DNA of 64,000 bases from Octopus sinensis (GCF_006345805.1 NC_043002.1:68820001-68884000), one strand, 5' to 3'. Positions 13,767 to 28,751 are shown, numbered from the stretch's first letter. Numbers and translations: made by a program. Notes: generated by a model from the sequence alone, not told the origin.

Positions 13767-15998
13767 GTAATTAACTTATTATATTAATTATATTATTGTA
13801 ACAAATCAAAATCTTTTTTAAAGTTAAACTGATTGATTGCTTGCTTTAAGTGATTATTGGTGAAACACTTGTGAGGATTCCGATGCAGCTTAGCTCACAC
13901 TAAAGACGTAAAATTGCCATCTGTGCCTGCGTGTGTGAGTTGGTGAGATAAAGTGATAGAGAAAATGTGAAAAGCGAGGTGTGTGTGTGTGTGAATGAGA
14001 AAAATGTGTATTGTGAAGAAGAGTGCGTGTGAGAGAACATTAGAAGAATGTCTGTGTGGGTGAGAGAATTCGTGTGTCAGCCGTACCGTCAACGTGTGTA
14101 TAGATATTTTCTCCTAGCTGCTTAAAACACTTACAAGCTAGTTGCGTAAATGTTGGTTGTTGCTATTTTTAAATGGTGCAGGTGTTTAAAGAACACATCT
14201 ACATGCAATGACATCTATACCATTGAACATGCATTTGCAAATGAATTCCGGATATTCAATTTAGTTTTGTTTTGAGGAGTTAAAAATCATGGTTTCAGTT
14301 ATCATTTTGCTTAAGCATGTCTTGCAACCGTATCCAATTTATTTCTTCATAACTCTTTTTTTTATTTATATATATCCCTTATAATTCAGACTTGATTCTA
14401 TTTATGTGAGTAAAGGCATAAAATCACATATTCTCCACGCTTCTATCTAAATCCAGAGAACCATGCTAATCTAAAAATAAACAGTCACAATTTGTCAAAG
14501 AAATTATGAATGTGACATTGCCTTTTCTTCTCTGTAAATTTAAATATATGAAATGGATAATGGGAATTTTATTCAAAACCACAAACTCTTTCTTATCCGG
14601 CTCTTATATGTGGTGTATCTGAGAATGTGTGTGTGGTAGGGACTGTCCCGTATGAGTGAGCTGTACTTTCATGCTGTGCATATTCAGGCTTTGTAAAGGA
14701 TTGTCAGCTCTGAAGAAATTCTTCTCAGGTTCCAAAGAGAAAACCCAGATTTTGCAACGCGATGTTAGTCATATGAAATATATGAGAGGTTCTCAACTGG
14801 TTAGGACTAACATTTCTAAGAAATGTCATGAATTAAATTGAGTATTTAGTCCATCAGTTGAAGGGATGGATGAACGTGTTGGTTGATTTATTTCTTTGAG
14901 ATGATTATTGTCTTCTTTTAGAGTCGATTACAATATATATATATAAACAAAAAAAAAAAAAAAACACGTTCTGTTAAATCCTCACGTGCATATGTTTGAG
15001 GATTCTACTGAGAGTTGACTTACAGGTTTAGTGTGAGCTGTTGATGTCTGTTCAGAAAATAAGAGAGGGTTATGTCATCGATGTCTTAAAGAGGTTGCTA
15101 TGTTTAAAAGCAACGAGTTGGGCGTAGAGAAGAGAGAGAGATGATTGATCCCTAGGATTACTGTTTACTCTCGAAGCTATAAACGTGACAGTCACGATTT
15201 CACCTATCCCATATTTCAAGGTGTAATGTCGATATGAAAACAATATTTGTCTCTTCCTCGTCTTTTGATAAATCTGTTTGGTATAATAATTCTGTCTAAA
15301 TTTTGGCACAAGGCCAATGATGAAATTGTAAAAATGTGTTATCAAATAAGGTTTTCAGCTCGATTCTTTCGATTTCAATATTTATGAGAGCAGTGCAATG
15401 TCGGTCCCTCTGTTGATTTTACTTTCATTATTGAATAACGTCCGTTTTTGAAATATAGCAAACTTTTTGCTTGGTTTTAATTTAATAATCATTAAAAGTT
15501 AGTATTAAAAATAAATTTTGCTAAAGATTGAATTAGAAATATACCTAAATGTTTAATGAAACAGATTGAATCAATGATTATTTACGAATAAACAACACAA
15601 AGTTATGGAGTTGGAGGTTGTGTCCTACGTCCTTCTGCTTCTTAATTTCTAAGAAAAGCATCCATGTAAATAATTTAACTCGAAACATAAAAGATAAGTT
15701 TATGTGTGTGTGATTGCGACTAAGTTTCACCCGACGGCTAAAACAATCACACTGGTTGAATAAACCGTCAAGTGACACCTCGAGTCCCAGTCAACACAAA
15801 TCTTACAGTTTGTCTTTACCCTCAGTATTCAATCTCCCTATTAGTAAACGTTCCGTTGTTACAATTAAACGTGCTTTAAAATAATAACTCAATCACACAT
15901 GCACACGCATGTATATATGTGTATGGGTGCATACATATATGCATGGGTGAACTTCTCTTATTTTGCTCATATAGTCTATATATACTTGTATGTATATA

Positions 15999-16204
15999 CG
16001 AGTGGGTATTGAAAAGTTCCTGGTTTTAAGGGTGTAGCGAAAGGCCTGGTTGGAGGTCCAGCCTTCTGAGTTCTTTTACAGAGTTTAGAAAAACTGCAAT
16101 AAGTGTATGAATCTGAGAGGGGAATACGTTGAATAAAATCATAATTTAACTGATCCACCTGTATTTTCTTTTACCCAAAGCCAGGAACTATCAGCATCCC
16201 CTCG
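15999..16204 (+). mobile_element. Mariner-derived MITE
   Basis: TA-flanked; TIR CGAG.GGG..TGAAAAGTTCCTGG; internal NKCMNLRGEYVE* is the mariner transposase C-terminus. Confidence 0.85.
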
Positions 16205-16481
16205 TATATATGTATATGCATGTGGGCGTGTGTAATCATATATACATATTTGTATGTAGTCGTTATTTTTAAGTAGAAGTAAATGTATATATTTTATGTA
16301 CATGTTTAATTATGGATATTTCTATGTGTGTATGTGAGTGTGTAATTACGTATGTATGTATATATTGTATATTGTTCCTAGCAGAACTTGAGTTTGTGTA
16401 GATATAACTCATCAATTAAAGAATGCGCAATAATTTTGGAGGAACAAAAAAGAGAAATAGAATACGTAAGAATATCTTTGA

Positions 16482-16700
16482 ACTGGTAGAATCGTCAGCT
16501 TGTTGGGTTAAATGCTTAGTAGTAGTTTGTCTGTCCTTACGTTCTAAGTTCAAATTCTACTGAGATTGACTTTATCCTTTCGGAGTTGATAAAATAAATA
16601 CCAGCTGAAAATTGAGGGTTGATGTAATCAACTAGTACATCCTGCCAAACTTCAGGCCTTGTGCCTATAGTAGAAAAGATATTAATATTATTATTATTAA
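16482..16700 (+). mobile_element. tRNA-derived SINE family S2 ((ATT)n tail)
   Basis: B-box-like gttcaaattc, conserved tttatcctttcggagttgataaaataa domain; other copies at 4075-4240, 20230-20590, 23366-23720, 42120-42260. Confidence 0.75.
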
Positions 16701-16860
16701 TATTAAAATACAATATTATATTCTCATATCAGCTACTTTACCAATAAGTTTCATAGAAATGTTGAAATAACCCTAGCAATCATCAAGAACAGAAAGGAAT
16801 TGGATGGCATGAATTCTTTGCCACTGATGTATGTATACATATGTATAATCTATATATATA

Positions 16861-17077
16861 CAAGAGAGTGGCTGGAAAGTTCCTGGCTTTAAGGCTATTG
16901 TGAAAGGTTTGATTGCAGGCCCAACCTTCCGAGTTCTTTACAGGGCTTAGAAGGACCACTGCAATAGCTATGAATGTGAGAGGAAAATATACTGAATTAT
17001 AATTCATATGATCATAATTAATTGATCCTCCTGTATTTTCTTTTACTCAAAGCCAGGAACTTTTCAGCACCCCCTTG
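16861..17077 (+). mobile_element. Mariner-derived MITE
   Basis: Same family as 15999-16204; TA-flanked. Confidence 0.85.
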
Positions 17078-17780
17078 TATATGTAACCTTCACCTAGAGA
17101 CATCCTTTAACAAAAACCCTCGCTCCTAGTGGTCTTCCAGCATGCTGGATACCAGCCCAGAATTTCTGAGGGCCCATCCTATTGCTAGATAGTTACTGAA
17201 TTTACACTAAGTTCATCCATCCTTTTGACAGGTCTTATTTTTTTGTCCCACTGGGTTTCTAGCAACTCTCTTCCCCAAGCAAGCCTGGTGAGGGTGCTAG
17301 TTTAGTCAGACACAACCTGACCATGAAACAAGTTGTACTGGGTTCCAAATTACCAGTAGCACACATGAAAAACTTCACAAGCTATCTGACATAAAAATCT
17401 GATTTGCAGGGATTGGCATTGAACATTTTTTGGACTTTTTTGCTTATGCTTAAGATCATGGTGCTCCCATATTCTGTAACCCATATTGGCACTGGATATC
17501 TTGCCCTGGTTTATCTTTGTATCATATCAATAGGGTGGAGAGGGTCTGTAAAGTGCTGTGCAAGCTTTATTGGATCTAAAATCTTAGGTTGTGCAATTGT
17601 TGGTGAGGCAACTATCTGCTTCCCTGTTGAGTGGGATGGTACCACAACTTGGAAGCTGTGAACACAAACCTGGGTGAAACTGACTATTGATGTGATAACC
17701 TCATGCATGGAAATTGCTGGCCATATTGCATGAGCAATGGTCAGTGATAGTCTTCCTTGGTCATGACTGGCCAACCATCA

Positions 17781-17813
<33 letters not shown>

Positions 17814-18068
17814 ATATACTCATTATAGATATAGGGTGAAATATAATTAATTTAATAAAATCAACAAATTTCACCTAGTAGTATTTTGGTATGGAAAAGG
17901 ACCATATTTGGTAAAAACTTATATAATTATAACAATAAGGGTTTTTTGCAACAAGTTGCTTAACCACATACCGAAAATTATATATATACATATATATTTA
18001 TGTATATACATATATACACATATTATGTATATACATATATACACACATATATACATGTATATATGTGT

Positions 18069-18102
<34 letters not shown>

Positions 18103-18469
18103 TTTGTAAAAATACTGCTGACTGGCAACAATATTTTTCCAATGCAGAGGTACATTAGCTCTTGCCTAACTTTCATTTCTGGCTTTAAGAGATTTTCTTA
18201 GTCTCGTCCTGATAACTGCTTCTACTTGGCAGGCCAAGCTTAGTGAGGGACTCGGATCATCTAGCATTTCTCTAGCCTTCTGAAATGCCATGATGGACAA
18301 AAAGTCAAGAAATAATATGCTGCATTGGTTAAGGACAGGAAAACCAACGATTGTGCTCTCTTCTGTTAGTCTCCAGGGTGGAGGTGACAATTCTACTTCT
18401 GGATGGACAGTTACAAGATACTGATTTTGGACCATAAGACACCTCTGCACCCCATATATGTGTAGAGAA

Positions 18470-19745
18470 GGACTTATTCATAAACTGTTGTAATATACAC
18501 ATGTGAATCTTAGGGAAATAGGGTTGACTGAAGTCAGATGGACTGAATTTGAAGAAATGATTACTGTTGAAGACAATTGTGGTATAGTGGAGATGACACC
18601 AAACAGCAACATGGAGTGGACATCATCAACACAGAGTGAATTCAGTCATCAATATTTGGTAGGCTCTTCGCCAAATATATTGCTGCAAGACTGCAGAACA
18701 TTACTCAAGTCTGTGCTGTGATACTTGAATATGATGGTGATGCAGTTGAGGAGTTTTATAAGGGCCTAGAGAAAGTTAACAAGACCGTTCCAAAGAAAGG
18801 TGCCCTTATTGGCTTGGGCATCTGAATTACCAAAATAGGCTCAGATGCACATTACCAATGGGTGTGGACTATGGGGCATTTCAGGATTGTTGACAGCATC
18901 TTGTAGAATTTATCAGCAACCATTATGCTAACCAACACACTGTTCCCATACAAGACCTCCTGGAGAACAGTGAAACTCATAACCTGACTAACTTCATAGT
19001 ATTGATGACAATCAAGTTCAAGCTAATAAAGATTTATAAGCAAAGAACCCTGTGTATAAAATATGGTATAGACAAACTGAAAGATCCAGTTTTTGAGGCC
19101 AAATAGGATGACAGGTTTGTAGTCTTCAACTTACAGAAAATATCATCTTTCTGACTGACAAGATAAAGGAAATATTTCATGAATCAGCTTCAGAAGTATT
19201 TGGGAAAAGAAGGGAAAAAAATATAAGTTACTGATGACATCTTGGACATATGTAATACTAGACAGGACCTAAAGAAGATCAAAGTAGCAAATCCTGATGC
19301 AATTCCACAGTAAAGTACTGTGAATAAGATAAAAAAAGTAAATGATGAAAGCCAAGGGAGATAAAGTTGAATCTGAGATAAGCAAAAGAAAGGCAGCTTT
19401 TGAGATAAAAATTATACAAAAAATAAAGTTGCCCATAGTTTACGGTTAGTGTGGACAAAAACGACATACTCCTTGTAAATGGAAGTTATTATCAGATGGT
19501 CTGAGTATTTCAAAGAACTTTGTAAATTCAGTTATGATACCAAGATTCTGAACAGTGTCCCTAGTAACAACAGAGAACTTGGAGATGCTTGAGTATTCCA
19601 AGGAAGAATTGAAGAAATGATGTGAATGCTCAAAGAAGGGAAAATCCAGCAGAACTGCTTTGACATGAGGGACTAGAACAATTCAAGGCACTGATAGCCA
19701 TCTGCCAAAGGAAGGAATTGTAGAATTCCTGAAAACTATTTTCAG
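18470..19745 (+). mobile_element. Degenerate RTE-clade LINE, AP-endonuclease region
   Basis: Frameshifted segments read GLTEVRWT, YSGDDTKQQHGV, VEEFYKGLEKV..VPKK and LTNTLFP, matching the RTE APE domain. Confidence 0.8.
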
Positions 19746-20878
19746 GAATTCTACAATTGCTAAATAGTTATATATCAAAGCTGCTTGAAAAATGAATCAT
19801 TTTTAAACTGTTCTTGTACAGTTCATGAAAAGAGGCCATTAAAAATGTAGTGCTAAAACAGTATAGAAATACTGTCGGAATGTTGTGGAAAATGTGAGAA
19901 ATGAAGATTCCAAATGGTTGGGGAACATTGAGTGGGGTCTTAAGTTGAGTACCTTTGACTCCTGTGCTGGTGGCACATAAAAAGCACCATTCGAGCATGG
20001 TTGATGCCAGTGCTGCCTAACTAGCCTGCGTGCCGGTGGCATGTAAAAGGCACCAACTATACTCTAGGAGTGGTTGGCGTTAGGAAGGGCAACCGGCTGT
20101 AGAAACCTTGCCAGATCAGATTGGAGCCTGGTGCAGCCTGCTGGGTTGCCAGTCCTCAGTCAAACTGTCCAACCCATGCCATCATTGTTAAATGATGAGT
20201 TAAAATATTGTTGTAGTTACATTTTTTTCTCCCTAATTCAGGCACAAGGCCAGCAATTTTGAGGGAAGAGAGAAAGTCACTTACATTGACCCCAGTACTT
20301 GATTGGTACTTAGTTTATTGACACTCCCACCTCTCTCAGATGACAGGCAAAGCCAAGCTCAGAATTAGAACTCAGAATGTAAAGAGAAATTTTGGCACAA
20401 GACCAGCGAGTTTTGGGAGGGAGTAAGTCAATCACAGCAACTTCTGTGCTCAACTGGTACTTATTTTAGTGACCCCTGAAAGGATAAGTCAACCTCAGTG
20501 GCATTTGAACTCTGAACATAAAGACGGATGAAATGTTGCTAAGCATTTTGCCTGGCATGCTAATAATTCTACCAGCTCACCACCTTTTCATGAGCTAAAA
20601 TACTGTTGTTTAAAAAACATGGGTTCAAATATAGTAAGACCTAATGAATTTTGAATCGTTTTAAAATCCAGTCTTTAACATTAAATAGTATTTAAATTTA
20701 TCTCTAACTTTTAATTGTTAACAATAATAAGAGACCTGCAAAATTCTAATTATGCTTTAAAAATGAGAGCATTTTTTGTACCCGTATTGTACAAAATTGA
20801 TTAAAGATAGAATTATCTAAGGTAAGTAACTTTCTTTCCTCTTAGTGGAGTTACTCTTTATATATTTATACATATATA

Positions 20879-21046
20879 GGCGTAGGAGGAGCATGTGTGG
20901 TAAGTAGCTTACTTATGAACCACATGGTTCCGGGTTCAGTCCCACTGTGTGGCACCTTGGGCAAGTGTCTTCTACTATAGCCTTGGGCCGACCAAAGCCT
21001 TGTGAGTGGATTTAGTAGTCGGAAACTGAAAGAAGCCCTTCGGGTG

Positions 21047-21079
<33 letters not shown>

Positions 21080-21289
21080 ATATGTTTGTGTGTCTGTGTT
21101 TGTCCCCTCAACATCACTTGACAACCGATGCTGATGTGTTTACATCCCCGTAACTTTGCGGTTCGGCAAAAGAGACCGATAGAATAAGTACTAGGCTTAC
21201 AAAGAATAAGTCCTGGGGTCGATTTGCTCGACTAAAAGCGGTGCTCCAGCATAGCCACATTCATGACTGAAACAAGTAAAAGAGTAAAA
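20879..21289 (+). mobile_element. tRNA-derived SINE family S1, full length with internal (TA)n/(TG)n
   Basis: Head ggcg.aggag..tgtgtggtaagtagctt...ggttcagtcc, ccttgggcaagt core, tail ...gactgaaacaagtaaaaga. Other near-full copies: 24391-24841, 26857-27280, 31331-31652, 60345-60745 (+); 21720-22090, 33612-34095, 48429-48874, 59805-60193 (-); many fragments. Confidence 0.9.
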
Positions 21290-24200
21290 TGAGAGAGAGT
21301 ATATGTATAAATTTAACCAATAAATGACAATCCAATTCAAATATCAGTGGGGATAATAATATTATTTTTAAAATACTCTTTATATTATTAACTTCAAGTT
21401 AATTTTAATGAGTATATAATACTGAACTGAAACTATATGTGTATATTTCATGATGATGATGATCATCATCATCATTGTTTTAATGCCCACTTTTTCCATG
21501 CTTGCATCAGTCAGTTAGAGTTTAATGAAGCAGATTTTCTATGGCCAGTGGCTCTTCTTGTTGGCAGCCCTCACCTCTTTCCAAGGGAGGAAAAATTTCT
21601 CCATGACCAAAGATGTTTTCACAGAATATTGGAAATGAATGACATTCATTTACAACAATCACATGATGTCAAGACAAGGAAACACAAATACATGCTCAGG
21701 CACACACACCCACACACGACAGGCTTCTTTCAGTTTCCATCTACCAAATCCACTGCTATAGTCAAGGACTGTATTAGAAAACACTTGCTTTGAGTGCCAC
21801 ACAATGAGACTGAAACCATGTGGTTTCTTACCACACTATTGTGCCTGTGCTTACAACATATCTTTATTCTTTTACTTGTTTCAGTCATTTGACTGTAGCC
21901 ATGCTGGAGCACCACCTTAAAGGGTTTCATTCGAAGAAATCGACCCTAGGACTTATTCTTTGTAAGCCTAGTACTTATTATTTTATCGGTCTTTTTTGCT
22001 GAACTATTAAGTTACAGGGACGTAAACACACCAACATCAGTTGTCAAACGATGGCGGGGGAACAAATACAGACACAGACACACACATACACACACAAACA
22101 CACCACAAACAAACCTCTACCCAGCGAATTCACCAGCGCAAGAACAAAACTTTAATGTAAGAATTACCACTTTGTTTACATTACCATCTCGTATGTATCA
22201 ATTATTTTCGCATCCTAACCGATGCATCTATCTATATTTGCATTCTGAAGAGATTTACTTAAACCAGTAAATTGAAATGATCGTAAATGCTACCCTCATC
22301 TCTGCTTCTTCCTTCTTTGTTATCTATTTTAATTAAAGACATACCAGCGAAAACCATGAGTTTCTCATTGTTATTATATCCATTTTCTTCTCTCTCTCTC
22401 TCTATCATCATCATCATCATCGTCGTTTAGCGTCCGTTTTCTATGCTAGCATGGGTTGGACGGTTCTACTGGGGTCTGTGAAGCCAGAAGGCTTCGTCAG
22501 GCCCAGTCAAATCTGGCAGTGTTTCTACGGCTGGATGCCCTTCCTAACGCCAACCACTCCGTGAGTGTAGTGGGTGCTTTTTACGTGCCACCCGCACAGG
22601 TGCCAGACAGAGCTATGTATATATATATATATACACACGATGTGCTTCTCTCAGTTTCCGTGTACCAAATCCACTCACAAGGCTTTGGTTGGCCTGAGGC
22701 TATAGTAGAAGACACTTGCCTAAGGTGCCATGCAGTGGGACTGAACCCAGAACCATGTGGTTAAGAAGCAAGCTTCTTACCGCACAGTCACATGTGTGTG
22801 TGTGTGTGTGATAAGTATTATTTTATATCTGTTTGCAGTTACAATTATTTGTCTGGTTGTTTTGCACTTTTATTTTTCTGTATCAAATTATTGTACGCAA
22901 TGTACATTTCTTGGTATGGAACACTCAGATTAGATTTGGGGAAATGTTATCAAAATATCAGTCAATGGTTAGAAGTTGCAAAACATTTAGAATTACTTTT
23001 TGGTGGTGGGAATGGAGGGTGTTGTATCCAGTTGGCAAATAATCTTGCTTGCTTGTGGATAAAATTTAGATAGGACTATTAAAACATTAGAGAATGTTAT
23101 AAAATATAATCTTTATAATATAAAGAAGTTTTTGGTAATCTTTGGGTCGATGATCACAAAGTGAAAGTGAAAGGCAATTGGTATTAAATGTCTGAAATGA
23201 AAACAAATATTTCCTGATTTATTTATATAATGATTCAGCTGGAAGGATTTGATATGAAAAGTCTGAGTGAATATTCATGGAAGATAAATTATTATGTAAT
23301 GAAAATTAATGACCAAACAATTTATTGCTGAAATATAAAAGCAAGAATACTTAATATGTAGAATAATAATCCTTTCTACTATTGGCACAAGGCCTGAAAT
23401 TTTGGGGGAGGGGGTAGTCAATTACATCGACCCTCGTGCTACTCATTTTATTGACCCCGAAAGGATGAAAGGCCCTGTCGAGCTTGGCGGAATTTGAACT
23501 CTGAACATAAAGACAGATGAAATGCCGCTAGGCATTTTGCCCAGCATGGTAATGATTCTGCCAGCTCACCACCTATAATGATAATAATGATTTCAAATTT
23601 CGGCACAAAGCCAGAAATTGGTACTTATTTCATTGACTATAAAAGAGATGACAGGCAAGGTTGACTTTGTTGGAATTTGAACTCACAACATCTGATATGC
23701 ATTTTGCTCGGTGTATTAACTATTATGCCAGTTCACTACCTTATGTAATAATGATAATAATCATTATTATCATCATTCACTTTCCCATGTTTGCATGGGT
23801 CAGATGGAATTTGTTGAGGCAGATTTTCTACAGCTGGATGCCTTTCCTGTCACCAACCGTCACCTGTTTCCAAGTAAGATAGGATAATAATAATGTACAA
23901 TTAATGCTTTCATGGCTTCTTCATCAGCAAAGTTCTTATAGATAAGTTGGAAACAGAGCATCTGATGCCCTGCATGTGGTGTGTACATATTTGTCTTTCA
24001 CTCTGCTCCCTTTGTAGTAATTTGTGTGTGTGTGTGACTGCATCATTAAGTGCCACAAAGTGCGGTTTGCAGTCTACCACTGAATGGTAAAAAGGTTTGA
24101 AGAGATTGCTGTATTGTTTGTTGCCACTTTCCCTTTCTAATCATAACGTGAAAGATAACCATTTTTTTTTTTAGAATTAGCAGTTGATACATTTAAAAGA

Positions 24201-24540
24201 CAAACAAAATCAGTTGCATGAAAAACAAAAACATAATCAATGAAATAACCTCTATGTACAATTTCCTGTTATTTCAGGTATATATATCAAAATATGTTGA
24301 AACAGTAATTGTTGAGGCTTCATGGATTTTGTGTCTTTCTGTATTAAAAAATAATTATCTATATAAATACTTAAATCTTGTTCATGCACAGGCACAGGAG
24401 TGGCTGTGTGGTAAGTAGCTTGCTTACCAACCACATGGTTCTGGGTTCAGTCTCACTGCATGGCACCTTGGGCAAGTGTCTTCTACTATAGCCTTGGGCT
24501 GACCAAAGCTATTTGGTAGACAGAAACTGAAAGAAGCCTG

Positions 24541-24626
<86 letters not shown>

Positions 24627-24986
24627 TTGTGTGTCTGTTTGTAACCGCACCATTGCATGACAACCGATACTGGTGTGTTTACACGTCCCTGTAACTTAGT
24701 AGTTCAGCAAAAGAGGCCAATAGAATAAGTACTAGGCTTACAAAGAATAAGTCCTGGGACCAGTTTGCTTGACTAAAGGTGGTGCTCCAGTATGGCCACA
24801 GCCAAATGACTGAAACAAATAAAAGAAGAAAGAATAAAAGAATGTTATAAGTTTTGTCCATAAACGAAACTGATTGGCTTTGAATTTGAGATTTGTCAAC
24901 ACTGGTGCAGGAATAGCAGTGTGGTTGAGAAGTTTGCTTCCCAATGATATAGTTTGGGGTTCAGTCACACTGCACAGCACCTTCTA

Positions 24987-25205
24987 TGAGGGGGTGCCGG
25001 AAAGTTCCTGGCTTTAAGGGTACTGCGAAAGGCCTCATTAGAGGCCCAATATTCCAAGTTCTTTTACAGGGCTTAGAAAAACTGAAGTACTGCTGCAATA
25101 AGTGTGTGAATCTAAGAGAGGAATATGTTGAATAAAATTGTAATTAACTGATCCTCCTGTATTTTCTTTTACCCAAAACCAGGAACTTTTCAGCACACCT
25201 CCTTG
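24987..25205 (+). mobile_element. Mariner-derived MITE
   Basis: Same family; TA-flanked; TIRs tgaggggg..ggaaagttcctgg / ccaggaacttttcagcacacctccttg. Confidence 0.85.
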
Positions 25206-25672
25206 TATAGTTTCAGTTTGGCTAAAGGGAGTTGATTTGGAAGAAAAACATCCATCATATATATGTTTGTATTTGTACATGTGTGTGTATGTCTGTTTCC
25301 TTGTCTTGACAGCACAGGATAGTTGTAAATGAGTGTCTTCATCATTCAAGCTGTGATGTTTGTTTCCAAACTTTTTGAAAAACATGTCTAGCCATGGGAA
25401 AATATTATCTTGCTTTGAAAGAAATGAGAGTTGGTGATAAGAAAGGTATCTGATCATAGAAAATTTGCCCCAACAAATTCTGTCTGACTCATATAAGCAT
25501 GGAAAATTGGAAGTTAAAACGCCTGCAATAATGATGGTGGTCAACATAGTTTCACCGGTATTGAGAAATCTTAATTGAAAAAATTAGAATTTGGATGTAG
25601 GATTCTCAACTCTCTCACAGGATATGCTAATAGCATTGACTATTTGATTTATAGTCAATCACCTGTCATCCA

Positions 25673-25918
25673 TTAGCATATAGTGAATACGATCAATGTT
25701 TTCCTTGGTGGTGGCAGTTGGAGGATGTTCAGATCTTCAGTCATCTCCTTCCCCATCCTAAATTCAGCTGTCCACCTTTGCACTGTTGATAAAGCTGGAG
25801 TATAATCCCTTAATGTAGCAACCATCTTCGCATGAATAGCCTTTGGGGCTAAAGCCTTTTTGTGCAGGTACTTATACCACCACAATGCCAAATCTTGTCC
25901 ACTTTCAAGAGAAGTCAC
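25673..25918 (-). mobile_element. Mariner transposase N-terminal (HTH) remnant
   Basis: KYLHKKALAPKAIHAKMVATLRDYTPALSTVQRWTAEFRMG resembles the mariner N-terminal DNA-binding domain. Confidence 0.8.
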
Positions 25919-25990
25919 TACTAGTTACATCTGAAGGCTTCTTTGAACAGAAAAATGTCAGTTTACCGGGAAAGAAACAATGCAGTTATT

Positions 25991-26352
25991 AACAAGAGCA
26001 CTCAAAGAGAACAAACCTCCACCAAGGCAACACCAACATCCTCTCAACGATTAGCCAGAGATGATTTTTAAAATGAGAATATCTGAAACAAACTCGACTG
26101 CTCTCACAAATGAAAATATTAAAAATGAACCCAACCACTCTCAATGATTAAGTAAAAATACAGGAAAAATAATCCAGAATCCTTGTCCAGTACAGGATCA
26201 ATCCCAAAATCTAATCAGTTCATGCCAGTCACGAGGCCAGACATCCCTGAAAGTTTCATCTGAATTCATCCTGCAGTTCTTGAGATATCTTGCCCACGGA
26301 CAAACAAACACAACTGTAAACAATACCTCCGCCTTTGCTAAGGCAGAGGTAA
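25991..26352 (+). mobile_element. Helentron-associated non-autonomous (HINE-like) element
   Basis: Begins AACAAGAGCACTC..AAACCTCCACCAAGG and ends ACCTCCGCCTTTGCTAAGGCAGAGGTAA (sub-terminal inverted repeat and 3' hairpin); no TSD. Confidence 0.55.
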
Positions 26353-26824
26353 TAAGAAATACTGAAATTGATTCATGCAAGATTTCACAGCTCTAACATC
26401 ACTCCTTCATTGTGAGCCTGTGAACTTTACAGTCCATCTTCATAAAGATTTGTTCATGGCTTCAGGAACAAAATGAAGAATCTGTCCTCCAATTTTTGAC
26501 AAACCAAAGTTATTGACTCTTATTCAGCTTAGTATCACATAAAATCAAATATAGTTTAGCCTTTTTGATATCATCCTGGCTAAAACCATCCCTTGTTAAA
26601 CTTCCTGTTAAAGTGATCTAAGTTAAAACCTTCCATTAAAATTGTGTGTCAATTCATGCTCAAAACACTAGTGGTTTTACTAAATTATTCATTAATTTCA
26701 GAATTATGTGAAACAAAGTTACATATTTCAACAGAAATATAATAACAAAAGTGTTCACCTGACCTAAGTTTGTTACCTTTATATTAAACTGAAAAATCTA
26801 GTTTACTGACATTGATTAAAACAA

Positions 26825-26857
<33 letters not shown>

Positions 26858-27018
26858 GCATAAATATGGGTGTGTGATTATAAAGCTCAATTAGCAACCA
26901 TGTGATTTCTGGTACAGTCTCACTTCACAACACTTTGGGAAAATGTCTTCTGCTAAAACCTCAGTTCAACCAAAGCCTCACAAGTGGATTTGATAGGTAG
27001 AAACTGAAAGAATCCTGT

Positions 27019-27058
<40 letters not shown>

Positions 27059-28679
27059 TATATAATGTGCATGCGTTTGTCTCCCACTATTGCTTGACAA
27101 CCAGTGTTGGTGTATTTACATTCCTGTAACTTAGTGATTCAGCAAAAGAAACTGGTAGAATAAGTACCATGCTTTAAAAAAACATAAGTACTGTGGTAGA
27201 ATCGTTCAACTAAAATTCTTCAATGGTGGTGCCCCAGCATGGCCACAATCTCATGATTGAAATAAGTAAAAGTTAAAAGATATTTATGTATGATGGGTAT
27301 ATCATAAGAGATATATGTTTCTGTTTGTATTCATCACACCCCATCACTGTTTGACAGCCAATGTTGGCTTGTTTACATCTGTATGACTTAATGGTTTGGC
27401 AGAAAAGACCAATAAAATAAGTACCTGATATTAAAAAAAAAAAAAAACGAAAAAATCCTGAGTCCTGGGGTCAGTTTCTTTTTCAACTAAAACCCTTCAA
27501 GACAGTGCCCAACATGGCTGCAGTCCAATGACTACAACAAGTAAAAGGTATTATGTATCCATAAAGATATTCCTTTGCTCAAACACAGCCTCCAATTTAT
27601 AGAAAAAAAATTGTATTAAATACGAGAGAATAATTTTTCAGTATTGGTTATTCTAGAAACATACAATTTTGAAGTTAAAGAAATAGATGCACTGATTTCC
27701 TTTCATTTTCTCAACTAGTACAATGGCTACTCCAGTTGTTAGCATTGGTGGAAAATGAGTTTTCTTCATTATTTTCCCATTGCACTATTTTTAAGACTCA
27801 CAATCAGCTTTGCTGCCTGGTGCAAGACTGGTTTGTTATGTTCACTGCATCTAATACCTTTTGTTAGAGACCAGCTCATACTTATCTCATTAAGTCTGAA
27901 CATTATCCCCAATTTTCTCATATTCAGATTATAAGGCTGTGGGTATTCAAAAATGTCAATGACAATGATTATTATTTAAATATCTTGGAAAATACATGGT
28001 TCCTATGAACATAGAAGGCGGCTGCATAGTCATGTTTTAATTACATATGCATATATATACGTGTGCTTGTGTGTGTGTGGTATGCATGTATGTATGCATG
28101 TGTATGTATATACATTGCCATTACCCACTCAACACACTCGATTTAGATGTGTGTACATCCGTGTGGGTGGGAATAGTAGGTGTATATAGGGTAGTATTAG
28201 AATGACAGCTGGACATAGAGAAATCCATAAAAATACATGTAATTATGAAATTATGAACAATTTCAGTACAAGACCATACACATCCTTGCACACACATAAA
28301 CACAACAAACATTTATGTGTGTGTGTGTGTATATATATATATATGGCTTCCGTGTCGGTGGCACGTAAAAAGCACCATCCGAATCGTGGCCGAAGCCAGT
28401 GCTGCCTCGACTGGCTTCCGTGCCGGTGGCACGTAAAATGCACCAATCCAACCGTGGCCGATGCCAGCCTCGCCTGGCACCAGTGCAGGTGGCACGTAAA
28501 AAGCACCCACTACACTCACAGAGTGGTTGGCGTTAGGAAGGGCATCCAGCTGTAGACACATTGCCAGATAAGACCGGAGCCTGGTGCAGCCTTCTGGCTT
28601 CCCAGATCCCCGGTCGAACCGTCCAACCCATGCTAGCATGGAGAACGGACGTAAACGATGATGATGATATATATATATA

Positions 28680-28751
<72 letters not shown>

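Noticed and set aside
23905-23930. Minus-strand CTGATGA...GAAA motif
   Set aside because: No stem I or stem III pairing and no cleavage triplet; chance match.
24018-24086. 69-nt plus-strand exon with strong acceptor and GTAAAA donor as exon 2 of the MDDRTTH gene
   Set aside because: In the required phase 1 it contains a TGA; could only be non-coding or in another phase.
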